Source: Candidatus Kaiserbacteria bacterium
GTDB lineage: Bacteria; Patescibacteriota; Minisyncoccia; Phycocordibacterales; UBA2100
Direction: 5' to 3'
DNA: 64,000 nucleotides
Assembly (NCBI GenBank): GCA_016217965.1
Contig: JACRFI010000016.1
Coordinates: forward strand, 65,837-129,836
In this document: piece by piece, positions 7,938 through 16,597 of the stretch
Layout: each line of letters opens with the position of its first letter
Position numbering within the stretch: position 1 is the stretch's first letter
Made by a program: the position numbers and the translations under genes
Notes under the pieces: generated by a model
The model's input: only the letters and a program-made list of their open reading frames with translations
What the model was told of the DNA's origin: nothing
Database searches by the model: none

Positions 7938-8687
7938 ATGGAATCACCAATTTACAACACAGCAGGCAAAAAAACGGGAACAATTGCGCTTCCTGAGAGT
8001 ATTTTTGCCGTCAAATGGAACGACTCTTTGATGTATCAGGTCGTTACCGCCATGCAAGCGAATGCACGCACGCCCGTTGCCCATGTGAAAACAAGGGGGG
8101 ATGTGAGGGGCGGCGGCAAGAAGCCATGGGCGCAAAAAGGAACCGGCCGCGCTCGGCACGGCTCTATCCGCTCGCCCATCTGGCGAGGCGGGGGAGTGAC
8201 GCATGGCCCTAGGAGCGACAAATCATATGCGCGCACGATACCAAAAAAAATGCGCATTAAGGCTCTCACGATGGCACTTTCCCAAAAGTTCAAGGACGGT
8301 GGGGTCGTGTTCATAGATTCTCTTGGCCTCGAGGAGCCGAAAACCGCTGCTGCGAAAAAAGTGCTTGTTTCTGTCAGCGGTGCACTTGGCCTCAAGGGTC
8401 TTGTGGAAAAGAAGGCAAATGCAGCGTTTGTCGCGCTTGCCGATCCTCGCGAATCGGCGACAAAAAGTTTTCGGAATCTCGGCAATATCGAGTGCAAAGC
8501 AGTGCGAGAGCTTAACCCGGTCTCTGTGCTCAAGCATTCGTATCTCATCATTGAAAATCCGGAAGCAGCGCTCGCAATTCTTTCCCACCGTATCGGAGAA
8601 AAGGTTGAAACGACGACGCCACGAGCCAAAAAGCCGAAGAAAGTCAATATGAAGGCCGTGCACGCTGCCGAAAAAGGAGACCAGTAA
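7938..8687 (+). CDS. rplD: 50S ribosomal protein L4
   Basis: RGGGKKPWAQKGTGRARHGSIRSP.WRGGG. Confidence 0.98.
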   Translation: MESPIYNTAGKKTGTIALPESIFAVKWNDSLMYQVVTAMQANARTPVAHVKTRGDVRGGGKKPWAQKGTGRARHGSIRSPIWRGGGVTHGPRSDKSYARTIPKKMRIKALTMALSQKFKDGGVVFIDSLGLEEPKTAAAKKVLVSVSGALGLKGLVEKKANAAFVALADPRESATKSFRNLGNIECKAVRELNPVSVLKHSYLIIENPEAALAILSHRIGEKVETTTPRAKKPKKVNMKAVHAAEKGDQ

Positions 8688-8727
8688 TTGAATTCAAATT
8701 TGAAATTTTAAATTTAAAATTCAGCAT

Positions 8728-9102
8728 ATGGCACTATTTTCAAGAAAAAAGAATAAAGAGGTTGAGGCAACAACGGCGCCAGCGCCTGTCAGCACCCGCG
8801 TGGAGCCGAAAACAACTGTCGCCGACCTCTCACATGTCCTCATGAATCCGCGCATTACTGAAAAAGCGACGATGGCCTCGGCAGAGGGCGTGTATGTTTT
8901 TGATGTCGCGGAGCGTGCAAACAAAAAAGATATTGCACGCGCGGTCGCGCAGTACTACAAAGTAATTCCGCGAAAGATATCGGTTGTGACTATTCCTGCG
9001 AAATCGACACGAAGCACGAGGACGGGAGTGCGAGGTGTCAAACAGGGAGGCAAGAAAGCCTATGTGTATCTTAAGAGGGGAGAAACGATAACCATTGCAT
9101 AA
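8728..9102 (+). CDS. rplW: 50S ribosomal protein L23 (N-terminal extension)
   Basis: PRITEKA, KKAYVYLK. Confidence 0.96.
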   Translation: MALFSRKKNKEVEATTAPAPVSTRVEPKTTVADLSHVLMNPRITEKATMASAEGVYVFDVAERANKKDIARAVAQYYKVIPRKISVVTIPAKSTRSTRTGVRGVKQGGKKAYVYLKRGETITIA

Positions 9103-9105
9103 CAT

Positions 9106-9954
9106 ATGAGCATGAAATTTTACAAACCAACGACAGCGGGCCAGCGAGGCATGAGCCGGGTCAATTTTCGCGCTGCCCTCTCTGGAAAAGGGCGAGCGAA
9201 ATTCCTCACAGAAGGAGGAAAGCGCGCAGTCGGAAGAAACGCGTTTGGCCGCATCACGACGAGGCACAAGGGTGGAGGGCACAAACGCGTGTGGCGCGAT
9301 GTGGATTTCCAACTCAATAAGAAGAACATCCCTGCGCGCATCGCCACGATCGAATACGACCCAAATCGCTCCGCGTTCATCGGGCTTGCTATCTACAAGG
9401 ACGGAGAGAGGCGGTATGTGGTAGTTCCTAAAAATATGAACGTTGGAGACACATTTCTCGTCTCTACTGATGCTCCTATTGCGCCGGGGAATCGGCTTCC
9501 TCTTGCGAATATCCCCGTTGGCACATTCGTATTCAATATAGAGCTCTCTCCAGGCGGAGGCGGCAAAATTGCAAGGAGTGCGGGCAACTTCGCGGAGGTT
9601 GTTGCGCAAGACGCGGGATACACACACCTCAAAATGCCTTCGACAGAAGTTCGTCGCGTCATCGGAACTGCGTGGGCAACTGTGGGCGAAGCATCAAATG
9701 ATGAACATCGTTTGCAAGTCATCGGAAAGGCTGGCCGCACGCGTTGGATGGGCGTCCGCCCGACGGTTCGAGGCTCCGCAATGAATCCTGTGGACCATCC
9801 ACACGGAGGAGGTGAAGGAAAACAAGGGAGAGGCCTCCGTCGAGCTAAATCTTTGTGGGGCAGGCCAACAGGGAAGGGACAGAAGACCCGCCGCCCGAAG
9901 AAATACTCAAACGTATTTATCGTTTCTCGCCGCCGTGTAGGTAAGCGAAAATAG
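9106..9954 (+). CDS. rplB: 50S ribosomal protein L2
   Basis: IEYDPNRSA, RGSAMNPVDHPHGGGEG. Confidence 0.98.
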   Translation: MSMKFYKPTTAGQRGMSRVNFRAALSGKGRAKFLTEGGKRAVGRNAFGRITTRHKGGGHKRVWRDVDFQLNKKNIPARIATIEYDPNRSAFIGLAIYKDGERRYVVVPKNMNVGDTFLVSTDAPIAPGNRLPLANIPVGTFVFNIELSPGGGGKIARSAGNFAEVVAQDAGYTHLKMPSTEVRRVIGTAWATVGEASNDEHRLQVIGKAGRTRWMGVRPTVRGSAMNPVDHPHGGGEGKQGRGLRRAKSLWGRPTGKGQKTRRPKKYSNVFIVSRRRVGKRK

Positions 9955-9974
9955 TTCGGTTAAAAGCTAATTTA

Positions 9975-10003
9975 TTGACTCAAAGCGTTTTCTTCGCTAC
10001 ATT
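9975..10003 (+). promoter_or_regulatory. Internal promoter TTGACT-17-TACATT upstream of rpsS
   Basis: Near-consensus hexamers with 17-nt spacer in the rplB-rpsS gap. Confidence 0.6.
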
Positions 10004-10080
10004 GTCGCTACCCGCTCCGGCGGGATTTAGTTTGGTTGGATTTTCCTATCACCTAGAACCTAGTTCCTAGAACCTACTTT

Positions 10081-10431
10081 ATGGCACGTTCAGTAAAAAA
10101 AGGCCCCTACGTGGATGCCAAATTGATGAAGAAAGTCGGGAACCGCAAACCAACAGCGGGAGGCATTAAGACGTGGGCAAGGGCCAGCCAAATACCGCCT
10201 GAATTTGTCGGCTTCACATTCCTTGTGCACACGGGCAAAAATTTCGACGAGGTTTTCATAACTGAAGACATGGTCGGGCATCGCCTCGGTGAATTTGCTC
10301 CGACGACGAAATTCATCCGCCACGGAGGCAAGATGCAGAAGGAGATCGAGATGAAAGCAAAAGAAGCCGAGATAGCAGCCGCGACGGCTGCGAAGGCAAC
10401 GGGAGATGCCGCAAAGACGGCGAAGAAATAG
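10081..10431 (+). CDS. rpsS: 30S ribosomal protein S19 (Ala/Lys-rich tail)
   Basis: [24 protein letters not shown]. Confidence 0.98.
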   Translation: MARSVKKGPYVDAKLMKKVGNRKPTAGGIKTWARASQIPPEFVGFTFLVHTGKNFDEVFITEDMVGHRLGEFAPTTKFIRHGGKMQKEIEMKAKEAEIAAATAAKATGDAAKTAKK

Positions 10432-10435
10432 TATG

Positions 10436-10530
10436 AAGTCACAAGTCATCAGTCATAAGTCAACAGAGAATACTGAAACGCAAAAGTGCGATGCATTTGG
10501 CTTTGGACTCATGACTTCAAACTAATGACT
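10436..10530. repeat. 7-nt-period AAGTCAT / ATGACTT hairpin element, copy 1
   Basis: aagtcac-aagtcat-cagtcat-aagtcaa ... ggactcatgacttcaaactaatgact. Confidence 0.8.
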
Positions 10531-10536
10531 ATCCGT

Positions 10537-10878
10537 ATGAAAGCCTCGCTCTCAAATTTCCGCCAATCTCCGCAAAAGGTTCGTCTTGTGGCGAATGCCA
10601 TCCGCGGGAAGAAAGTTGCAGTAGCGCGGCGAGCGCTCTCGTTCTTGCCGAAGAAATCATCCCCAATGTTCCAGAAGCTCTTGGATTCTGCAGTTGCGAA
10701 CGCGAAGGGGATGGATGTAAATACGGACGAGCTCATCATCAAAAGCGTCTCTGTTGATAAGGGATTGGTGATACGTCGTTACAAGCCGATGGCGCGCGGC
10801 CGTGCAGCAGGTGTCAGAAAGACTCGCAGCATGGTATCCATAGTGCTAGGTCTGCCAGAGGACCCAAAAAGAAAATAA
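10537..10878 (+). CDS. rplV: 50S ribosomal protein L22
   Basis: RQSPQKVRLVA..IRGK, SAVANA, ARGRA. Confidence 0.97.
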   Translation: MKASLSNFRQSPQKVRLVANAIRGKKVAVARRALSFLPKKSSPMFQKLLDSAVANAKGMDVNTDELIIKSVSVDKGLVIRRYKPMARGRAAGVRKTRSMVSIVLGLPEDPKRK

Positions 10879-10879
10879 T

Positions 10880-11566
10880 ATGACACACGTTGTACATCCA
10901 TATGCGCATCGCCTCGGCATCATCAGGGATTGGAAGTCCCGTTGGTTCGCTGCAACTCCTGCGCAGTATCGCGACCAGGTTATGGTCGACGCTGCCATAA
11001 GGCGTTTCCTTAAAAAGCGGCTGCGCGGACACTACGTCACTTCCATCGAAATAGAGCGAAATCAGAAGATGATACGGGTTCTCATCAAAACATCTCGCCC
11101 AGGTTTCATCATTGGCCGTGGTGGTGAAGGTAGCGCGAAGTTGACGAAAGAAATAGAACAAGTTGTGCGAAAAGTTGTCCCGCCAGCAGGAGCGAAAAAG
11201 CCTGTTGCGATGCCGGTGAGGCTTGATATAGAAGAAGTACGTTCTCCCGAATCACAGGCGCCCGTTGTTGGATACATGATCGCGGAAGGCCTTGAGAAGC
11301 GGCAACCATTCAGGCGCGTCTTGAAGCAGACGGTTGAAAAAGTAATGGCGAACAGAGACGTTGAAGGTGTACGCATCGCCATTTCCGGCAGGCTTGGCGG
11401 CGCAGAAATGTCGCGTGCAGAAGAGATAAAGAGGGGACGCGTACCGCTACAGACTCTTCGCGCTGATATAGATTTTGCGCGCGAAGAAGCATACCTTCCG
11501 TACGGTGTGATCGGCATCAAAGTCTGGATATATCGGGGGGAAATATTCGCCGAAGGCAAGAAATAA
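10880..11566 (+). CDS. rpsC: 30S ribosomal protein S3
   Basis: RPGFIIGRGG, SGRLGGAEMSR, PLQTLRADID. Confidence 0.98.
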   Translation: MTHVVHPYAHRLGIIRDWKSRWFAATPAQYRDQVMVDAAIRRFLKKRLRGHYVTSIEIERNQKMIRVLIKTSRPGFIIGRGGEGSAKLTKEIEQVVRKVVPPAGAKKPVAMPVRLDIEEVRSPESQAPVVGYMIAEGLEKRQPFRRVLKQTVEKVMANRDVEGVRIAISGRLGGAEMSRAEEIKRGRVPLQTLRADIDFAREEAYLPYGVIGIKVWIYRGEIFAEGKK

Positions 11567-11572
11567 ACTCGT

Positions 11573-11995
11573 ATGCTTAGCCCGAAAAAAGCAAAATACC
11601 GGAAGTGGCAAATGGGCCGCAAGAACCCAAGTCGCCTTAACGCGCCCGAGACGCGCGGCATTACTGTTGCGTTCGGTTCGTTCGGTTTTAAAGCGACGAC
11701 GCAAGCGCGCGTGACATCGAATCAGCTTGAAGCAGCGCGCCGCGCTCTCACGCGAGCCGCAGGCAAAACTGCGAAGATCTGGACCCGCGTTTTTCCTGAC
11801 AGGCCGTTCACACAAAAGGCGGCTGAAGTCGGCATGGGAAGCGGCAAAGGCGATGTGCAGGGGTACGTTGTAGAGGTGCGTCCCGGCCGCGTCATCTTCG
11901 AAGTTGACGGGGCCTCAGAAGAGATTGCTCGTGAGGCGCTTCGCAAGGCAGGTACGAAGCTTCCACTGAAAGGAAAAGTTGTAGCTCGCGCATAG
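11573..11995 (+). CDS. rplP: 50S ribosomal protein L16
   Basis: QLEAARR, MGSGKG, KLPLK. Confidence 0.98.
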   Translation: MLSPKKAKYRKWQMGRKNPSRLNAPETRGITVAFGSFGFKATTQARVTSNQLEAARRALTRAAGKTAKIWTRVFPDRPFTQKAAEVGMGSGKGDVQGYVVEVRPGRVIFEVDGASEEIAREALRKAGTKLPLKGKVVARA

Positions 11996-12023
11996 TTCGA
12001 CGACACTCGCTATAAATAAAAAT

Positions 12024-12233
12024 ATGAAAAAAACAGACTTCAAAAAATATTCAGCAGATGACCTGAAGAAAGAGGTCACCGAGAAGCGGGAAGCGCTTCG
12101 CACATTCCGCTTTGGCGAGGCAGGGAGCCGTTCACGCAATGTGAAAGAAGGCCGTTCACTACGGCGCGACATCGCCCGCCTTCTCACTGAGCTACGAGCT
12201 AGGTCTCTTGCGTCTAATAAGAAGTCTGCGTAG
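12024..12233 (+). CDS. rpmC: 50S ribosomal protein L29
   Basis: LRRDIARLLT; synteny. Confidence 0.93.
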   Translation: MKKTDFKKYSADDLKKEVTEKREALRTFRFGEAGSRSRNVKEGRSLRRDIARLLTELRARSLASNKKSA

Positions 12234-12248
12234 TATTGCGAATCTTGT

Positions 12249-12518
12249 ATGGAACCAAACACTTCAAAAGGCAAAGTACTCGTCGGCACCGTCGTCAAAA
12301 CGGCGATGAAAGACACAGTTACTGTGAGAGTGGAGCGCTACGTCAAGCATCCAAAATATAAGAAGTACATCTCGCGCAGCAAGAAGTACCTCGTGCACAA
12401 CCCAGGGAATACGATGCAAGTGGGTGACAAGGTCTCGATACGCGAGACGAGGCCGATCTCGAAGCACAAATCTTTTGTCATAGCTGAGAGGCTGCACGCT
12501 GCGGCGAAAGAAGAATAA
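12249..12518 (+). CDS. rpsQ: 30S ribosomal protein S17
   Basis: HPKYKK, ETRPISK. Confidence 0.97.
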   Translation: MEPNTSKGKVLVGTVVKTAMKDTVTVRVERYVKHPKYKKYISRSKKYLVHNPGNTMQVGDKVSIRETRPISKHKSFVIAERLHAAAKEE

Positions 12519-12522
12519 TTTT

Positions 12523-12903
12523 ATGATACAAGACCGAAGCATAGTAAAAATAGCGGACAATTCGGGCGGGCAAACCGGACGTATCTTTAAGGTGCCCGGA
12601 GGCAGCAAACGCCGGTATGCTTCGATCGGGGACGAAGTCATTCTCTCGATACAGACGGCGCAGCCGAGAAAGACCGTGAAAAAGAAGGAAGTTCATCGAG
12701 CTGTTGTTGTTCGCCAATCAAAGCCATTTCGGCGCAAGGACGGCTCGTACATTCGATTCGACGAGAACGCAGTGGTCCTTCTCGAGAAGTCAGGAAAAGA
12801 CAAGAAGGAGCCAAAAGCGAATCGTGTGTTCGGCCCTATCCCGCGCGAGATAGTCGAACGAGGATACCAAAAGATCGGCTCACTTGCGCCCGAAGTCGTA
12901 TGA
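12523..12903 (+). CDS. rplN: 50S ribosomal protein L14
   Basis: ADNSG, IRFDENAVV, SLAPEV. Confidence 0.98.
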   Translation: MIQDRSIVKIADNSGGQTGRIFKVPGGSKRRYASIGDEVILSIQTAQPRKTVKKKEVHRAVVVRQSKPFRRKDGSYIRFDENAVVLLEKSGKDKKEPKANRVFGPIPREIVERGYQKIGSLAPEVV

Positions 12904-13205
12904 AAATCAAAAAAGGCGATAAAGTAATAGTGATAGCTGGGAAAAGCCGTGGCGAAACGGGCACTGTTGTCCGCGCGCTCCCCAAGGACGATCTTGTCGT
13001 TATTGACGGCATCAACATAATGAAAAAACACCGCCGGGCAACGGGGCGAAGCCGTTCGGGCCAGATAATTGAGAAAGCCATGCCGATCCACGCATCGAAT
13101 GTGATGCTTCTTGATCCTAAGTCAGGAAAACCGACCCGCATTAAGATAGAAAGGAAGGATGGCAAGCGGCAGCGGCTGGCAGCGAAGAGCGGACAAACTA
13201 TATAA
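12900..13205 (+). CDS. rplX: 50S ribosomal protein L24
   Basis: IKKGDKVIVIAGK, PIHASNV. Confidence 0.97.
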   Translation: MKIKKGDKVIVIAGKSRGETGTVVRALPKDDLVVIDGINIMKKHRRATGRSRSGQIIEKAMPIHASNVMLLDPKSGKPTRIKIERKDGKRQRLAAKSGQTI

Positions 13206-13207
13206 AT

Positions 13208-13747
13208 ATGGCAACCATACCAGCAGCAGAAAAGATACGAGGGGCGTTCAGCGCCATGAAAGGCGATTTTAACTACACGTCACCAATGCAAGCGCCGCGC
13301 GTCACGAAGATTGTTGTTTCGACAGGTGTCGGGGCATCAATAGATAAAAAGAGGCGTGAGCTTGTCGTTGATAGGGTAACGCGATTCACGGGCCAAATGC
13401 CCTCCCCTCGGTCCGCGAAGAAATCAATCGCGACATTCAAGTTGCGAAAAGGCGATACCGTTGGCTACCAAGTCACGCTTCGAGGAAATAGAATGCGTTC
13501 GTTCCTCGATAAGCTCATCAACATTGTCCTTCCGCGCGTCCGCGACTTCCGCGGCATCAAACCAGCGTCCATCGACGAGATGGGCAACATCACGATAGGC
13601 ATCAAGGAACACACCGTGTTTCCAGAAACTGCTGACGAGGACATCAAAGATATCTTCGGTGTTGCTATCACAATAGGCACGACCGCGAAGAATAAAAAGG
13701 AGGCAGAAGCGTTCCTCCGCCACATCGGTATTCCTCTTCAGAGTTAA
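13208..13747 (+). CDS. rplE: 50S ribosomal protein L5
   Basis: KKSIATFKLR, VTLRG, PRVRDFRG. Confidence 0.97.
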   Translation: MATIPAAEKIRGAFSAMKGDFNYTSPMQAPRVTKIVVSTGVGASIDKKRRELVVDRVTRFTGQMPSPRSAKKSIATFKLRKGDTVGYQVTLRGNRMRSFLDKLINIVLPRVRDFRGIKPASIDEMGNITIGIKEHTVFPETADEDIKDIFGVAITIGTTAKNKKEAEAFLRHIGIPLQS

Positions 13748-13756
13748 TGAAGCTGA

Positions 13757-13931
13757 TTGACAGTGCCCCCGATCTCGCGTATATTTCGCGAGCTTCGTGG
13801 GGGGCTTCTGTTTCGGAAAGAGCGAATAGCTGACTGCCGAACATGATGCCACGCGGGAGTTTCTCTAACCTCAAGGCGCGAGCCGAGGTGCAGGGACTCC
13901 AAGCCACTCCTTGCGCTGCAATCCAATTTAT
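13757..13931 (+). promoter_or_regulatory. Internal promoter (TTGACA-16-TATATT) and ~140-nt structured leader of rpsN
   Basis: TTGACA 13757-62; nested stems ggagt/actcc, acctc/gaggt, ggc-GCGA-gcc. Confidence 0.5.
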
Positions 13932-14117
13932 ATGGCAAAACGATCAATGGTAGTAAAGGCGCAGCGAAAGCCTAAATTCTCAAGCCGTACCGTACGGCGC
14001 TGCTTCAAGTGCGGTCGTCCGCGCGGTTTTATACGCGATTTCAATCTTTGCCGCATCTGCTTCCGCGAGGAAGCGCTCCAGGGGAATATCCCGGGCATTA
14101 AGAAGTCCTCTTGGTAG
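13932..14117 (+). CDS. rpsN: 30S ribosomal protein S14, zinc-binding type Z
   Basis: RCFKCGR...[13 protein letters not shown]. Confidence 0.97.
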   Translation: MAKRSMVVKAQRKPKFSSRTVRRCFKCGRPRGFIRDFNLCRICFREEALQGNIPGIKKSSW

Positions 14118-14126
14118 ATACATATG

Positions 14127-14221
14127 CAGTCACAAGTCATAAGTCATAAGTCATTAGAAAACACAGGGATACGAGAACGTGGCGCATTTTTCTTTGGACT
14201 AATGACTTTGGACTACTAACT
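14127..14221. repeat. 7-nt-period AAGTCAT hairpin element, copy 2 (homologous to 10436-10530)
   Basis: cagtcac-aagtcat-aagtcat-aagtcat ... ctttggactaatgactttggactactaact. Confidence 0.8.
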
Positions 14222-14227
14222 ATTTTT

Positions 14228-14623
14228 ATGGTAACTGACCCGATCGGAGATTTTATAGTGCGGCTCACGAATGCCGGCGCCGTCAAAAAGGCGAATGTCT
14301 CGGTGCCGTTCTCCAATTTCAAAATGGCGATAGCGGAAAAATTGAAAGATGCCGGTTTCGTAAAGGCGGTGGATAAAAAAGGAAAGAAAGTGAAAAAAAC
14401 CATCGATGTCTCTTTGAAATACGACGAGAGCGGAGTGCATGTTATCCGCGGCGTAAAGCGTGTTTCGAAGCCCGGCCGCCGCCTGTACAGGGGCGTGAAC
14501 GAGATCGTATCTGTGCGCTACGGGCACGGTTCCTTGATACTCTCGACTCCACGCGGAATTCTCACAGATAAAGAAGCGCGCAAGGAGAAAGTCGGCGGCG
14601 AAGCACTGTTTGAAATTTGGTAA
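14228..14623 (+). CDS. rpsH: 30S ribosomal protein S8
   Basis: TDPIGD, RVSKPGRRLY, STPRG, GGE. Confidence 0.98.
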   Translation: MVTDPIGDFIVRLTNAGAVKKANVSVPFSNFKMAIAEKLKDAGFVKAVDKKGKKVKKTIDVSLKYDESGVHVIRGVKRVSKPGRRLYRGVNEIVSVRYGHGSLILSTPRGILTDKEARKEKVGGEALFEIW

Positions 14624-14633
14624 TACTGAATAT

Positions 14634-15179
14634 ATGAGCCGCATAGGAAAAAAAACAATACCAATTCCGCAAGGGACTGATGTCTCTGTCGGGAAGAGCG
14701 AGATAACCGTGAAAGGAAAAGGCGGAACACTCACACGCCAGCTCCACCCTTCTATTGCTGTTACGATCACGGACGGAGTGGTTTCTGTCGCGCCGAATTC
14801 GAATACGCGTGTTGCACAGGCGCTTTGGGGTACGTTTTCCGCACACATCAACAATATGGTGGCAGGCGTAAACACCCCGTTCGTTAAGAAGCTGCAGATA
14901 GAAGGCATTGGGTATCGTGCTGAGCTCTCCGGGAAAAATCTTAAGCTCGCGCTCGGCTTCTCCCACCCAGTCATTGTTGGCGTGCCCGAAGGCATAACGG
15001 TCGCGGTCGAGAAAAATATCGTCTCGGTCTCAGGTGCCGATAAAGAGAAGGTCGGGCAGTTCGCGGCGTCTGTGCGGGCGCTCAAAAAGCCTGAGCCGTA
15101 TAAGGGCAAGGGCATTCGCTATGAAGGGGAAGTAGTCCGCCAGAAACAAGGCAAGAAAGCTGCCGCAGCAGCAGCATAA
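14634..15179 (+). CDS. rplF: 50S ribosomal protein L6
   Basis: MSRIGKK, LGFSHP, PEPYKGKGIRY. Confidence 0.98.
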   Translation: MSRIGKKTIPIPQGTDVSVGKSEITVKGKGGTLTRQLHPSIAVTITDGVVSVAPNSNTRVAQALWGTFSAHINNMVAGVNTPFVKKLQIEGIGYRAELSGKNLKLALGFSHPVIVGVPEGITVAVEKNIVSVSGADKEKVGQFAASVRALKKPEPYKGKGIRYEGEVVRQKQGKKAAAAAA

Positions 15180-15192
15180 TCAAGTTCAACGT

Positions 15193-15540
15193 ATGAAAAC
15201 TTTAACGAACATCGAGAGGAGGGAGAGGCGGCATCGCCGAGTACGCGCGAAGGTCTCTGGAAGCGCGTCGCGGCCGCGGCTTTCTGTTTTCAAATCGAAT
15301 ACGCGTGTCGTCGCGCAGCTTATTGACGATTCGAAAGGCGTTACGCTTGCAGCAGTGAGCTCGCACCAAGAGAAAGGGAAAACACCCCGAGAGAGGGCAG
15401 AGATGGCGGCTAGAACACTGGCGAAGCAGGCAGAGGGAAAAAAGATAAGTGCCGTAGTGTTCGACAGAGGAGGCTTTCAATACCAAGGGACTATCAAGGC
15501 ATTTGCCGACGCGGCGCGCGCAGCGGGATTGCAATTTTAA
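15193..15540 (+). CDS. rplR: 50S ribosomal protein L18
   Basis: RPRLSVFKSN, VVFDRGG. Confidence 0.97.
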   Translation: MKTLTNIERRERRHRRVRAKVSGSASRPRLSVFKSNTRVVAQLIDDSKGVTLAAVSSHQEKGKTPRERAEMAARTLAKQAEGKKISAVVFDRGGFQYQGTIKAFADAARAAGLQF

Positions 15541-15545
15541 ACAAT

Positions 15546-16148
15546 ATGGCTGAACAAAACACACAAGAAACAACAGGAGCACCGGTAGTAGCAGGACCAG
15601 CTGTGGCAACTCCTCAAGATGAAAGGGGTGGAAGAGGCGGGCAGCGAGACCGGCGTGGAAGAGGGGGAGGACGCAGGGGCGATCGTGGGGGACAACGAGG
15701 AGGCGAGCGTCGCAGCGAATTCGCACAAAAGCTTATCGGTATTCGCCGAGTCGCGCGTGTCATGGCGGGAGGCAGGAGATTCAATTTCAGCGTGTGCATC
15801 GTGATAGGCGACAAGAAAGGCCGCGTCGGTGTCGGGCTAGGGAAAGCAGCGGATACTGCACTTGCGATAGAAAAAGCGACGCGTGCCGCAAAGCGGAACA
15901 TGCTCACGCTTCATCTCACGAAAACTCGCAGCATTCGACATAACATCGAGGCGAAATACACGGCATCTGTCGTCGAGATACGCCCAAGTCCTGGAAGAGG
16001 GTTAGTGGCAGGTTCGTCGGTTCGTACCGTCTTGGACCTCGGTGGTGTCACCGATGTTACGGCAAAAATACTCTCACGTAGTCACAATCCGATAAACAAT
16101 GCGCGTGCAGCTATTGAAGCCCTGAAGCAAATATCCGAAAAACGATAA
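15546..16148 (+). CDS. rpsE: 30S ribosomal protein S5 (RGG-rich N-terminus)
   Basis: RVARVMAGGRRF, VGVGLGKA. Confidence 0.97.
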   Translation: MAEQNTQETTGAPVVAGPAVATPQDERGGRGGQRDRRGRGGGRRGDRGGQRGGERRSEFAQKLIGIRRVARVMAGGRRFNFSVCIVIGDKKGRVGVGLGKAADTALAIEKATRAAKRNMLTLHLTKTRSIRHNIEAKYTASVVEIRPSPGRGLVAGSSVRTVLDLGGVTDVTAKILSRSHNPINNARAAIEALKQISEKR

Positions 16149-16152
16149 ACGT

Positions 16153-16593
16153 ATGGTTAGCTTACACACACTACGAAGGACAACGAAGCGCTCATTGCAG
16201 CGCGTTGGCCGAGGGCAGTCGAGCGGACGGGGAAAAACCTCTGGGCGCGGTACAAAAGGCCAGAACGCGCGCTCGGGAAGGAAGAAACGCCCAGAATGGC
16301 GCGACATCATCAAGAAGCTTCCGAAACGCCGCGGCTACGGAAAGAACCGAGGCCGCACAGTCGTCGCAAGGCCAAGATCAATCGCGATCTCGCTTCAACG
16401 GCTCAGCGAGGTTTTTGAGAATAATGCTACGGTTACAAAGAAGGCGCTTGAGGAGAAAGGCCTTGTACGCGGGAAAGAGCGATGCAAGATCGTAGGGGGA
16501 GGCACTATCTCGAAAAAGCTTTCAATATCGGGATGTGTTGCAACTGCCTCAGCGAAAGCAGCGATAGAAAAAGCAGGAGGAACGGTCGCATAA
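16153..16593 (+). CDS. rplO: 50S ribosomal protein L15
   Basis: RVGRGQSSGRGKTSGRGTKGQ, KLPKRRG, AIEKAGG. Confidence 0.97.
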   Translation: MVSLHTLRRTTKRSLQRVGRGQSSGRGKTSGRGTKGQNARSGRKKRPEWRDIIKKLPKRRGYGKNRGRTVVARPRSIAISLQRLSEVFENNATVTKKALEEKGLVRGKERCKIVGGGTISKKLSISGCVATASAKAAIEKAGGTVA

Positions 16594-16597
16594 GCAT

